This document shows positions 12,487 through 21,746 of a DNA stretch of 64,000 nt, in pieces. A model generated the notes under the pieces. It searched no databases. It worked only from the letters and a program-made list of their open reading frames with translations, and was not told the origin of the DNA. Every line of letters begins with the position of its first letter. Position 1 is the first letter of the stretch. Made by a program: the position numbers and the translations under genes. The DNA is from Candidatus Schekmanbacteria bacterium (GTDB taxonomy: Bacteria; CSSED10-310; JACPHN01), in contig JACPHN010000265.1 of assembly GCA_016188575.1 (NCBI GenBank), positions 13,554 through 77,553 of the forward strand, written 5' to 3'.

Positions 12487-12735
12487 TCAGTCTTTCCCCG
12501 TGGCGAATCCAGCCGGCTTGCGCTTGCCCAGGTCAGCCGCCTCCTGCTCCAGCTCCGCCAGCATGATGAAGACTCGGCGATACAGCGCCATCGCTTCCTC
12601 TCGCTTCTCCTCCGGAAGCTCCGCAAGCTGTAGCGCGAGCTGTAGCGCGACTTCGTGGCGCGACTTACCCAAGCGGATCATACCCTCTCCTTGTTCGAGC
12701 TCGGCTCCGAGGCGGCCCGCGGTGTCTACCGCCAT
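12487..12735 (-). CDS. Small helical hypothetical protein
   Basis: 82 aa, GGAGGT RBS, protein-like composition, last gene of the FHA cluster. Confidence 0.6.
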   Translation of the reverse strand: MAVDTAGRLGAELEQGEGMIRLGKSRHEVALQLALQLAELPEEKREEAMALYRRVFIMLAELEQEAADLGKRKPAGFATGKD

Positions 12736-12779
12736 GGCAAGTACCTCCCGTCCAGATTTGGCGTGCAGAGCATCAGTCT

Positions 12780-13106
12780 TCAGAAGCGACCGTTCAAGCG
12801 GTTTTCGATCAGCTCTTCGAGCTGCTCGAGCGCCGCGACGAGACGCTCGAAGCCTCCCGAGACGGCCTTCTGCAACTGACTACCCCAGTCCTTGAGGTCC
12901 AGGCTGCTTACGCGCCCATCCTTGCGCGCCCATTCCGGCGCCACGCGCTGGCCGATGCGGTCCAGCCGCTCGCCCAGGAGGCGCTGCTGATGCGGATCGA
13001 ACTGGACCAGCAGCTTGTCCTTGCGCTGATTCCAGCCCGCAATCAGCCATGTGCCTTCGTAGAACTTGCGGAGATTCTCTTCGTAATCCCTGTCCTGAAA
13101 ACTCAT
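12780..13106 (-). CDS. Hypothetical protein
   Basis: 108 aa, GAGGA RBS, starts 4 bp after the FHA gene stop. Confidence 0.7.
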   Translation of the reverse strand: MSFQDRDYEENLRKFYEGTWLIAGWNQRKDKLLVQFDPHQQRLLGERLDRIGQRVAPEWARKDGRVSSLDLKDWGSQLQKAVSGGFERLVAALEQLEELIENRLNGRF

Positions 13107-13110
13107 TTCC

Positions 13111-13635
13111 TCAAATTAGCACGATAACGACAACGATGATGGCCACAAGGGCGGCAACTCCGGCGATCCCGATGAGGATCATCTCGTCTTTGCCCATCCC
13201 CTGGGCGGCTTCGGCAACGACAACGTCATCGCCTTCCGCATCGTCGTCCGGCGAAACCGCGTTGGCGGCGGTATCACCGGGCTTCGGCGGAGCATCGCCG
13301 GCGTCGCGAATCGCGCGGTCACCGACGAATACCATGCGGATGCTGGTGACGGAGATGGAATCGGCGTCCTCGAGGGGATACTTCTGGTTCGGCGAAAGCC
13401 GCTCCCCGTTGAGCCACGTGCCGTTGGTGCTGCCGGTATCGACGATGTACCAGACGTCGCCCTCGCGCATGACTTGCGCATGCTTGCTCGAGATCGCCTG
13501 ATATGGCAGATGCAGGTCATTGGACGAGTGACGGCCGATGGTGATGGCATCTTTATCGTACTCGAAGTGCTTCTCCACTTCACTGCCGGGCTCCCCCTCC
13601 ACCATGGGGAGCTCCACGATCAGACCGAATCCCAT
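13111..13635 (-). CDS. FHA-domain protein with C-terminal TM anchor
   Basis: ITIGRHSSND, ISSKHA, DTGSTNGTWLNG; hydrophobic C-terminus. ATG 13635 follows GGGGAGA. Confidence 0.88.
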   Translation of the reverse strand: MGFGLIVELPMVEGEPGSEVEKHFEYDKDAITIGRHSSNDLHLPYQAISSKHAQVMREGDVWYIVDTGSTNGTWLNGERLSPNQKYPLEDADSISVTSIRMVFVGDRAIRDAGDAPPKPGDTAANAVSPDDDAEGDDVVVAEAAQGMGKDEMILIGIAGVAALVAIIVVVIVLI

Positions 13636-13646
13636 GTGTTTCTCCC

Positions 13647-16145
13647 CTAGTTCAGCGTGAGCTCGAACTTCCCGGAACGATCTCCGCCTGCGGAGACAAA
13701 GGTTCCCGTCAAGGACTTGCCTTGCACCGTGCCGCGAAAAGTAACGTCTTCGCCTTCTGGATTCGTCAGCACGAAGGTGACCTCGTTCCACCCCGTGGCA
13801 CCGTAGGCCCCGCGTTTGACACTGGTGGTCTTGCGCTCATAGCGGATGGCGTTGTTCCCGATCTTCTTCGAGCGCGTCAGGTTGGCGGTGCCGCTGACCG
13901 AAGTTCCGTTCTGATCCAGCATGAGGGTTGCTTCGTAGAGGCCTTCGTTCGACGCTCTGGAGAAACGAATATCGATCTGTCCCGACCACCGGCCATCGAC
14001 GCGGCCGTAGCGTGCCGGAAGGGCGCGCGCGGCTCGTGCAAGCGACTCCTGCTGGGCCGGCGAAAGCTGGCTGGCAATCTCGCGGGGAAATGGAGCTCCC
14101 GGCGACATGGCGTTTACCTCCGCCAGCACGCGGGTATCCGCTGAGCTGTCCGGGGTAAATGCGGGTGGTCGGCGCTGCACGAAGACCAGATAGTAGTCGG
14201 AAAGCAGCCCCACCCACCACGCTCCGAGCTGGTCTGGATCGATGCGCACGCCGGCCTGGCGAGAATAGCCGGCGGCATCCGCGGCAGTGACGTCGGCGAG
14301 CTTTTCCTCGAGCGAACCATCCGGAGTCACCTGCCAGATCGACGCTTCACCACCAGCGCCGCCGCCTCGCAGCTTGAGTTTTGCGGTTGGTCTTTCCGAA
14401 AGCGCCTTGCGCGCGGCGTTCAGTCGCTCCGCCACGCGCCGGGCTCGGGCCTCGAGTCCCTCGCTACCGGCGCCTTCCGAGAGATACAGGATCGGACCGA
14501 AGTCGGTATTGACGGAGATCGTTGAGCCGTCCGCGCTGGGCCGACCGGCAGAAAAGGCCAGGAGAAACGGCGGTGGCTTGACCCCGACGATGCTCAGCTC
14601 GCTGGCGTCGGAGGTGAGCCCGTGCACGGCCACCGAAACGTTGACGGGGCCGGAGGCCGCGATGTTGGGCACGACCGCTTTCAGCTCCGTGGGCGTTCCT
14701 TCCGTCACCTGAGCGCGTTCGGAGCCGAATCGGACCTCGTTTTCAAACGGCTCGGGGCTGAATCCTTCCCCGCGAAGCGTCACCATCTGGCCGGGTTTTG
14801 CACTGTCCGGATCGACGGAATCCAGACTCGGCTTGGGCATCTTGACGAAGGCGAGCTCGCCGACGGAGGCGATCTCACCGCGGAATGCCGTCAGGGTGAC
14901 CGCGCCATCAGGGGCGTCGGTGGGCACGCGCAGGTGCAGTTGTTTTTCTTCGCGCTGGTCGATTTTGGCCTCGACGGTGCCGAACAGGAGACGAAGCGCT
15001 TCGGGGCTATCCTTTTCCCCGAACCCCGTCCCGCTGACCACGACTGGGTTGCCGGCGATGGTTTTTCGCGGCGTGATGCTCTCGAGCACTGGAGGGGCGG
15101 CCGGTAGTCTCATCACGACCGCGACGCCGATTGCGACGAGGGCGACCGCGGCGATGGCAAACACGGCGAGGACCGCCTTGCTACCGGTGGGCGTCTTCAC
15201 GGCTTGCTGTTGCACAGCCTGGATGCGCTGCTGTTCCTCCTGCACCCGCCGCGCGAAGTCTGCCGGCACCTTCATCATCATGGTTCCCCCTGCGATCGGC
15301 ATCTCCGGCTCGGGAACCTCGATCTCGTCGGGAAGCGGCGGCGGGACGGGAGGCGGCGGTGGCGCGCTGGCGGGAAGCGCTGCCGCCTTTTGAGACGCAC
15401 CCTTGACCGGATCGGGGATATCGTCAAGCTCGTCCATCAGCGCGGCATTCGGATCCGAAAACACGAGCTTGATGGCCGCTCCGAGGCGAATCTCGTCGCG
15501 GTCGCGCAGCCGCCGTTCGCCGTAGACGCGCTCGTCGTTTACGAACACGCCGTTGGCGCTGCCGAGGTCGACGACCACCACACCGTTCCAGTCCTTGCGA
15601 ACGCGGGCGTGCTGGCGGCTGATCGCCTTGTGGTCGATCCACAGGTCACATTCCGAGCTGCGGCCGATGACGATGTCCTCGACCTCGCGCGCGAGCTCGA
15701 CGGCGAGGCCAGGCTGCGGTCCGGTCACGACCTTGATCGACGGCGTTTCGTCTCCAAGGGCGCTGAGCACCTCCATGACCATGCGGCGAGCGACCATTTC
15801 GGTGCGCTCACCCGCCTCCTCGCTGCGGGGCACGGCCTGCAGGACGGAAAACTTGAGGTCGAATGACTCGATCTGCACGTGATCTCCGTCCCGCAGCAGC
15901 TTGCGCTCGTCGACCGGGATTCTCTTGCCGTTTAGCTGGGTGCCGTTGGTGCTTCCCGAATCCACCAAGTAGTAGTCCTTGCCTTCCGCCAGAATGCGGC
16001 AGTGCGTATGCGAGATGCGCCGATTGGGAAGCTGGACCGAATTCACCGACGCGCGGCCGATGGAAATGACGGTCGTGTCAAAATCGAGCTCGTAATCTTT
16101 CGCGTCCTGCGCGGCGAGATCGCGGACCGTAAGGCGGACAGGCAT
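13647..16145 (-). CDS. Membrane protein with two FHA domains, Pro-rich linker, TM and two IPT/TIG domains
   Basis: Two sets of IGR...S..H...S(T/A)NG FHA motifs, one TM, and IPT-like LESITP / LDSVDP...G..V...G.GF repeats. Confidence 0.88.
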   Translation of the reverse strand: MPVRLTVRDLAAQDAKDYELDFDTTVISIGRASVNSVQLPNRRISHTHCRILAEGKDYYLVDSGSTNGTQLNGKRIPVDERKLLRDGDHVQIESFDLKFSVLQAVPRSEEAGERTEMVARRMVMEVLSALGDETPSIKVVTGPQPGLAVELAREVEDIVIGRSSECDLWIDHKAISRQHARVRKDWNGVVVVDLGSANGVFVNDERVYGERRLRDRDEIRLGAAIKLVFSDPNAALMDELDDIPDPVKGASQKAAALPASAPPPPPVPPPLPDEIEVPEPEMPIAGGTMMMKVPADFARRVQEEQQRIQAVQQQAVKTPTGSKAVLAVFAIAAVALVAIGVAVVMRLPAAPPVLESITPRKTIAGNPVVVSGTGFGEKDSPEALRLLFGTVEAKIDQREEKQLHLRVPTDAPDGAVTLTAFRGEIASVGELAFVKMPKPSLDSVDPDSAKPGQMVTLRGEGFSPEPFENEVRFGSERAQVTEGTPTELKAVVPNIAASGPVNVSVAVHGLTSDASELSIVGVKPPPFLLAFSAGRPSADGSTISVNTDFGPILYLSEGAGSEGLEARARRVAERLNAARKALSERPTAKLKLRGGGAGGEASIWQVTPDGSLEEKLADVTAADAAGYSRQAGVRIDPDQLGAWWVGLLSDYYLVFVQRRPPAFTPDSSADTRVLAEVNAMSPGAPFPREIASQLSPAQQESLARAARALPARYGRVDGRWSGQIDIRFSRASNEGLYEATLMLDQNGTSVSGTANLTRSKKIGNNAIRYERKTTSVKRGAYGATGWNEVTFVLTNPEGEDVTFRGTVQGKSLTGTFVSAGGDRSGKFELTLN

Positions 16146-16265
16146 GGCGTTTCGGACTGGGTTAGGGGCGCATTCGTGGAGGACGAGCCGTATTACTACC
16201 GTTCGCCATTATTCTGGAGAATGGCGAGTGAAGTCAAGGGGCCGCGGAGCTTGTGGCGATAGGTT

Positions 16266-16655
16266 CTAGTCAACTCGCTTGGTATCCATCAGTTGCCGAA
16301 CGGCATGCGATGCCGCCTTGCTATCCTTTTCCACGTGCTGCCTGGCCTTTTCTGCATGTTTCCGGGTGGCGGCGTGGGGCTCGCGCTCGGCGCCCTGACT
16401 GGCCTGGTGCGCAGCCCCGCGAGCCTCTCCGTCGCCGCCGCCTACGCTTCGCGCCGCCTTGAGCATTTCCGCCAGTCGGTTCGTGCCGTCAGCGGCTGGC
16501 GCGCTCGGTGCCTCGGGAAGCGCCTTGCTCGTGGTGGTCGTTGCCGGCTTTCTTGGCGCCGCGTCGCGCCGTGGCCACCAGGGAATCAATACGGCACCAA
16601 GCACTACGACTACCACGCCAAAGGCGATAACCCAGAACTCCATGGTAGCAATCAT
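16266..16655 (-). CDS. Single-TM hypothetical protein
   Basis: N-terminal TM, low-complexity linker, helical tail. 4-bp overlap with the upstream gene. Confidence 0.65.
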   Translation of the reverse strand: MIATMEFWVIAFGVVVVVLGAVLIPWWPRRDAAPRKPATTTTSKALPEAPSAPAADGTNRLAEMLKAARSVGGGDGEARGAAHQASQGAEREPHAATRKHAEKARQHVEKDSKAASHAVRQLMDTKRVD

Positions 16656-17179
16656 CCTCTTTTCTTGGTTCGTTTCTTGCTCGGGCCAGCCGAGCTCTTG
16701 GGGGTAGGATCGGGTTCAGCGGCGGCGACACCGGCGGCGGGGTTGGCGGCCGGCTGGTGGATGAAGTCGCGTACCGCGGCGGCCATGACCTTTGGATGGG
16801 CGACGACCTCACGGCGCAGGACTTGGGCGCGATCCTGGACACGTCGGGCCAGCTCGAGGAGCGCGTCGTGATCCGGCGTGCGGGACTTGCTTTCAGGTGG
16901 CTCCGGCGCTGCAGACGCGGCGTCCACCGGTCCGCGAGTGCCGTGCGCAGCGCCTTGGCGTGGTGGCTCCGGGGCGGTCGCGCCCGGCGCGGTTGCCGCC
17001 GAAATCACTTTGGGCGTGTCGCCTCGCATCTCCCGCGGCGACCCCGGCCCGGGTTCAGACAGCACCGGCGCAACTCGCTTGCTCGTTGCAGGCGTGCGCA
17101 GAAGGATGCGGACTACGGCAAACCAGAATAGCGCGGCTACGATTACCACGCCGAGCCAAAAAACGATCTCCCGGTTCAC
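16652..17179 (-). CDS. Single-TM hypothetical protein
   Basis: N-terminal TM, Pro/Ala linker, helical tail HPKVMAAAVRDFI. Confidence 0.65.
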   Translation of the reverse strand: MNREIVFWLGVVIVAALFWFAVVRILLRTPATSKRVAPVLSEPGPGSPREMRGDTPKVISAATAPGATAPEPPRQGAAHGTRGPVDAASAAPEPPESKSRTPDHDALLELARRVQDRAQVLRREVVAHPKVMAAAVRDFIHQPAANPAAGVAAAEPDPTPKSSAGPSKKRTKKRG

Positions 17180-17186
17180 CTCACGC

Positions 17187-19211
17187 TCACCAACCGACGG
17201 AATACTCGATGACTACGCGCCGCTCCCAGTAGCGGCCTGGGTTGCTATCCACGGTAGCGCGCGTGCTGTCAGAGAGTACATTATCCACAGTCGCGGAAAG
17301 CTGCCAGAGGCGCTGCGGCGAGTGCGCGGTGGCGACACGCGCGGACAGGCGGCGGCTGGCGGCGAGTGAGCTCGGCTCGCGCGCCACCTGCGAGCTCCGG
17401 TCCGAGCGATACTGGAACCGCAGGAACACGTCGAAAAGCCTGGTCAACGGCACGTCGGCGGCGAGGTCCACACGGTGGCGGGGAGCCCCGCCGGGAGAAG
17501 ACGTGGAATCGATGCCGTCGGTGTGCGTGTAGGACCACCCGAGCGCATAGCCGGGTTGCCACTGCCATCGGCACTCCGCCCCAGACGCCAGGACGCGGTC
17601 GCATCTCGAGCACGTGCGCGTGGCCATGCGCGAAGCGAGGAGCCAGCGCGGCCGGGGCGTCCACGACCAGCTTACCTCCGCGTGATCGCCCACGCCACCC
17701 GAGGATCCGGCCTCGTCCAACCGCTCCGCGCCGTCCGGGTCATCGGTCCGCGTCAAGGCCAGACGCGCGCGAATCGACTCGGCAGGAATCCATACCAGCG
17801 ACGCTTGCGGGTACAGACGCCACCTCGTCCCGTCGCTGCCGGCACCGTCCAGTCGCGAGAGCCGGGCCGCGCTGGCCAGACCCAGGTTCGCGGTGAGCTG
17901 CCAGCGGTGCAAAGCCCAGACGGAGACATCTGTCGCCGGCGCCACGAATGCTGCCCTGCCTGTGCGATCGCGGATTCCACCGCGCCCTTGCCGCGGGACC
18001 TCGTACTCGAGTACTCGGGACTTGTCATCGCGGTACCCGAGACCGATGTTCAGGTGGTGTTTGAGGTTGGGCCGCCACTCGAAGTGGCCGGAAAGCCCGA
18101 ATTGCTCGCTGCGGTCCTCTCGTCTCAGCGGCGCGTCGGGATGCGCCGCCTCGCGAGACGTGGCGGCCGCCTCGCGTAGCGCCCCAATCATGGCGAGCTC
18201 CACCGCGAACCCCGGCCCCGAAGTATGGTAGGTGAGGTTGCCGAGCGCGCCGTCGTCGATTGCGAGCGGATCGCGCGGCAGGACGTGGCGACGCGACCAC
18301 GCCGCCGTCGTGAGGCGAAGCGGACCAACCGAGGTGCGGCCGGCCGCCTGCGAGTCGCGCTCCGGCTCGTCCACGAAGTCACCCGGGCCACGCCGCGCGT
18401 GCTCGGCCACGGCGCTCCAGGCGCGCGACCCGCGGTTCCCGATTCCCAGGCGCATCGCGCGCTCCCCCTTCGAGCTGCCGCCAATCGCCAGGCTTGGGCC
18501 AAACATGCGCCGCGTCCAGGCGTAAATCGCGCCGCGGCTCGCCCCCACGCCGAGAATCGCCTGCATGGGCGCGACGATAACCTCCACGCGCTCGATGAGC
18601 CCCACGCGCAGCTCAAAGACGCCAGGAATGCCGTTGGCGGCGCCGAGCGGGACGCCATCGATCACTACCGGCATTCCTCGCGGCCCCGGGCTGCCATCCA
18701 CCGACCAGGTCAACCCGCCAACAGCATTCGCCTCGGCCTCGAGTCCCGGAACCCAGAAGAGCACATCAGCAAGAGTCTGCACCCCAAGCGCCCGCAACCT
18801 GCGTTGATCGAAAACATGGCAGGGCAGCGGCGCGAAGTCCGGCGGCAACCACCCGCCGAAAACGCGACAGCGGTCGTGCGTTGCGTACGGAACGGTGAGC
18901 TCGGGAAGAATCGGCTCCCCGGCGGCCTCACGGAAGCGCAGCTCGTCGCTGGATGGCACGTGGCGCGGCGCGATTGGCAACTCCTCGGGATCGACCACTG
19001 GCGTGCCGATCTCCTCGGCTCCCGACCGCGGCACAGTCCCGGCGGGTGCGCTCGCAATCAGCGCGATGGCCAGCGCAGTCGCCGCCAGCGGCCGGCGCGC
19101 CGGCGCCCGGCATGGACCCAAACAGCGCGCGCGGCGGTGCTCACACAACGCTCTTTCTGCGGGAGCCTGCCCCCCTTTTGGCCGAAAAACAACTTCCACC
19201 AAGAGCTGCAT
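17187..19211 (-). CDS. Divergent TonB-dependent receptor-like outer-membrane protein (start uncertain, ~19120-19211)
   Basis: Plug motifs TLADVLFWVPGL, VVIDGVP, IERVEVI. Beta-strand pattern, SATVDNVL near the end, terminal aromatic W. Signal-like LAATALAIALIASAPA. Confidence 0.7.
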   Translation of the reverse strand: MQLLVEVVFRPKGGQAPAERALCEHRRARCLGPCRAPARRPLAATALAIALIASAPAGTVPRSGAEEIGTPVVDPEELPIAPRHVPSSDELRFREAAGEPILPELTVPYATHDRCRVFGGWLPPDFAPLPCHVFDQRRLRALGVQTLADVLFWVPGLEAEANAVGGLTWSVDGSPGPRGMPVVIDGVPLGAANGIPGVFELRVGLIERVEVIVAPMQAILGVGASRGAIYAWTRRMFGPSLAIGGSSKGERAMRLGIGNRGSRAWSAVAEHARRGPGDFVDEPERDSQAAGRTSVGPLRLTTAAWSRRHVLPRDPLAIDDGALGNLTYHTSGPGFAVELAMIGALREAAATSREAAHPDAPLRREDRSEQFGLSGHFEWRPNLKHHLNIGLGYRDDKSRVLEYEVPRQGRGGIRDRTGRAAFVAPATDVSVWALHRWQLTANLGLASAARLSRLDGAGSDGTRWRLYPQASLVWIPAESIRARLALTRTDDPDGAERLDEAGSSGGVGDHAEVSWSWTPRPRWLLASRMATRTCSRCDRVLASGAECRWQWQPGYALGWSYTHTDGIDSTSSPGGAPRHRVDLAADVPLTRLFDVFLRFQYRSDRSSQVAREPSSLAASRRLSARVATAHSPQRLWQLSATVDNVLSDSTRATVDSNPGRYWERRVVIEYSVGW

Positions 19212-19257
19212 TCCTCTCGTGTCCTCGCCGCACTGACTGGGGGAGGCCCGCAAACTA

Positions 19258-19286
19258 CTTACATTCGCGACTAACTGAGCTATAAT
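19258..19286 (+). promoter_or_regulatory. Sigma70-type promoter
   Basis: CTTACA-N17-TATAAT, 45 bp upstream of ATG 19332. Confidence 0.6.
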
Positions 19287-19331
19287 CGAATCTGCCCGCG
19301 GCCGCCATACGAACGACCACCAGAGACTATA

Positions 19332-20063
19332 ATGAGTAGGCTTCTCGCATTCCTCACCAGGGAGAACGCTGACGACGGTTTGCTCTTGGATTTTCGTGCG
19401 CTCAGTGAGGACGGCCGGACCTTGCCGGGCTCCAAGCGCGGCCATCGCGCCGGCTGGGGAATCGCGTACTACGACGCCAACGGTCCTCACTATGCGGGCA
19501 GAGGAATCGGTAATGCCTTCGAGGACTTTCGCTACGTCGATGCGTGCCGTCTCGTCAAGGGCAACGGCGTCCGCGGCTGCCTGTTGTCTCATTTGCGCAA
19601 AGCCGACGACGGCGCACCTGAGGATATTTCCAACACCCAGCCGTTTATCCGACATCCCTACACGTTCGCTCATGACGCGCGCCTTCGCACCTACCAGCCG
19701 GAGCTGCCGGCCGATTTGCAGCCCAAGGGAGCAACGCCGAGCGAGTTTTTTTTCGGCGTGGTCCTGCGGCGCATCGAGGAGGCAAAGAACGTCGTCGAAG
19801 GTCTGGTGCGCGCGATTGGCGATGTCAGAAGTGCCTGCGAGAGCACGGGCATGGCCATCTTGATGTCCGACGGCGCCCATCTCTACGCATTCCGGGAGGC
19901 GGGCATTGATGAGACGTATTATTATTTTTGCTACGGCCGGCGTGGCCAGTCGGTTCTGGTGAGCCAGGAGCCGCGGTGGGAGCTCGAATGGGAGGAGGTT
20001 CCCTCCGGTGCGCTGCTCGTGGTTGGCCCGAATCTGACGTGTGACATCCGGCAGATTCTCTGA
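19332..20063 (+). CDS. Class II glutamine amidotransferase-like protein (YafJ/EgtC/Dug3 family) with variant active site
   Basis: MSRLL start, GWGIAYY, HLRKA, NTQPF, FAHDA, WEEVPSG. Confidence 0.8.
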   Translation: MSRLLAFLTRENADDGLLLDFRALSEDGRTLPGSKRGHRAGWGIAYYDANGPHYAGRGIGNAFEDFRYVDACRLVKGNGVRGCLLSHLRKADDGAPEDISNTQPFIRHPYTFAHDARLRTYQPELPADLQPKGATPSEFFFGVVLRRIEEAKNVVEGLVRAIGDVRSACESTGMAILMSDGAHLYAFREAGIDETYYYFCYGRRGQSVLVSQEPRWELEWEEVPSGALLVVGPNLTCDIRQIL

Positions 20064-20146
20064 GCCTCTGGCGTCGCCTCCGATCCGGACCAGGCAGGAC
20101 GGAAAAGGGCGAGGCGTGGCGTACTCTCTTGATAGCAGGTCCAGCT

Positions 20147-21679
20147 ATGGCATCTCAGCGCGGCGATTCGCCGGAACGGTTGATCAGCGACGAACGAGCA
20201 GAATGCCGAAGAGCCTACGAGATCGGGATTCTCTTTCTCGAGCAGGGACTTCGGGAAACCGCGGCCGAATACTTGAAGCAGGCGTTGCAAATCGATCCGG
20301 ACCACGTCTTGGCGAAGGTCGCCGTGGCCAGACTGAACCAGCTCAACACGGGAGCCGCGCCGGCGGCGACCGAGTTTGCTCCGAGGACCATGCTCCTGGC
20401 ACATGCGGCCCAGCCGTACGAGTCTCGCGGTTTTGTCGTGCTCCCGGCGCCACGCCTTGAACATGCCGGCGATGATCTGTTTGCGGCTTCTGCGGACGAC
20501 GACTTCATCCTGGACGACCTGGACGAGACCGGCGAGCAGGACAGCACCGGTGCGGACCGCGCTGGAGGACCTCACCGCAAGGCGCACTCGGGTGATGCGG
20601 CGGGCGTGGCGGACGAGCTCGTGGGGAGGCGCATGCTGGTAAGTCCCGAGCTCCCCGCCATGCGGACAGCGCCTGCCGGCGCCAGAACCGCGCCGGCGAA
20701 CCCACCGGCGGCGGAGACCCGGCGCCCGGTCTTGCGCCATGCCGCTGGAGCCACTGCGCTCGTGGCCGCGGCGATCCTTGCCGCGGTCCTCGTCGCGGCT
20801 CGCCACCAGGGCACTGCCAATCGCCGCGACGGAGACCGGCCCGAAAACGCGGCCACCAGCACCTCGCCCATGTCCGCGGGAGCGCCCGCCGGCGCGACCG
20901 TCACCGCACCCGACACCGATCCGCGTCCGGCTTCGGAGATCCTGATCGAGCATGCGCGCCTGTCGCTAGGCGCCGGCGACTTCGTCTCCGCACGGCGATA
21001 TCTCAAGGAAGCGGGAGACTTCCTGGGGCTCGACGCCCGAGCCATGGAAGAAAAATACGGGGACCTCTACGAAGACATTGCCACGCTCGACGCCAAACAG
21101 AGCGCCGATAGCACCCGGCAGCGCGAGCTCGTCGATAGACTGTGGAAAGCCGCGAACATCTATTACAAGAAGAACGAGCACAACAGCGCCGAAAAGCTGT
21201 TGCTCGCGATCCTCAACGAAGACCCGAGCCACGGCGAGGCCGCCAACATGCTGGAACGCGTCCGGGCAATACGGCGCGATCCCAGTCGCCTCGGCCGCTC
21301 GGCAGGCGCCGATGATGATGAGCAGGTTCCGCTGTCCGTCGCTCCCGCGACGACCACAGATGGCGGCACGGCACTGTCGGAGGACCTGGCAGCCGAGGCA
21401 GCTCGCGCGGCGACCGTGGACGATCAGGGGCATGATGCGGTCTGGTGGGCGAACCAAAAAAAGGAGCTGCAGCGCCAGCGGGATCGGCTGCGACGCGAGG
21501 TCCACCAGGCGAAGACGGAAGCGACGCGAGCGCGGAGCGCTGGCGATGAGCAGCGCTTTCAGTCGCTGACGGCGCGCCGCAAGGAACTGGAAATGCAGCT
21601 CGCTTCCGCCGAACGGGAGCTCACGGAGCTTCCCGACGAGGCAAGTCGCGCCGGCGCGCTCCCCGAGTGGGTGCGCTGA
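20147..21679 (+). CDS. TPR-containing membrane-anchored protein
   Basis: TPR motifs (ALQIDPDH, ILNEDPSH), central TM, C-terminal coiled coil ending EASRAGALPEWVR. Confidence 0.7.
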   Translation: MASQRGDSPERLISDERAECRRAYEIGILFLEQGLRETAAEYLKQALQIDPDHVLAKVAVARLNQLNTGAAPAATEFAPRTMLLAHAAQPYESRGFVVLPAPRLEHAGDDLFAASADDDFILDDLDETGEQDSTGADRAGGPHRKAHSGDAAGVADELVGRRMLVSPELPAMRTAPAGARTAPANPPAAETRRPVLRHAAGATALVAAAILAAVLVAARHQGTANRRDGDRPENAATSTSPMSAGAPAGATVTAPDTDPRPASEILIEHARLSLGAGDFVSARRYLKEAGDFLGLDARAMEEKYGDLYEDIATLDAKQSADSTRQRELVDRLWKAANIYYKKNEHNSAEKLLLAILNEDPSHGEAANMLERVRAIRRDPSRLGRSAGADDDEQVPLSVAPATTTDGGTALSEDLAAEAARAATVDDQGHDAVWWANQKKELQRQRDRLRREVHQAKTEATRARSAGDEQRFQSLTARRKELEMQLASAERELTELPDEASRAGALPEWVR

Positions 21680-21746
21680 GAGGAAAGCCCCTCCCCCCGC
21701 AGGCGCGTGTTGCACAGTGCGCGTACGTGCTCGCCTCCCCCCCGCT

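Noticed and set aside
19212-19880. N-terminal extension of the 897-aa ORF 17187-19880
   Set aside because: It is antisense to the amidotransferase-like gene and spans its promoter; the receptor starts downstream.
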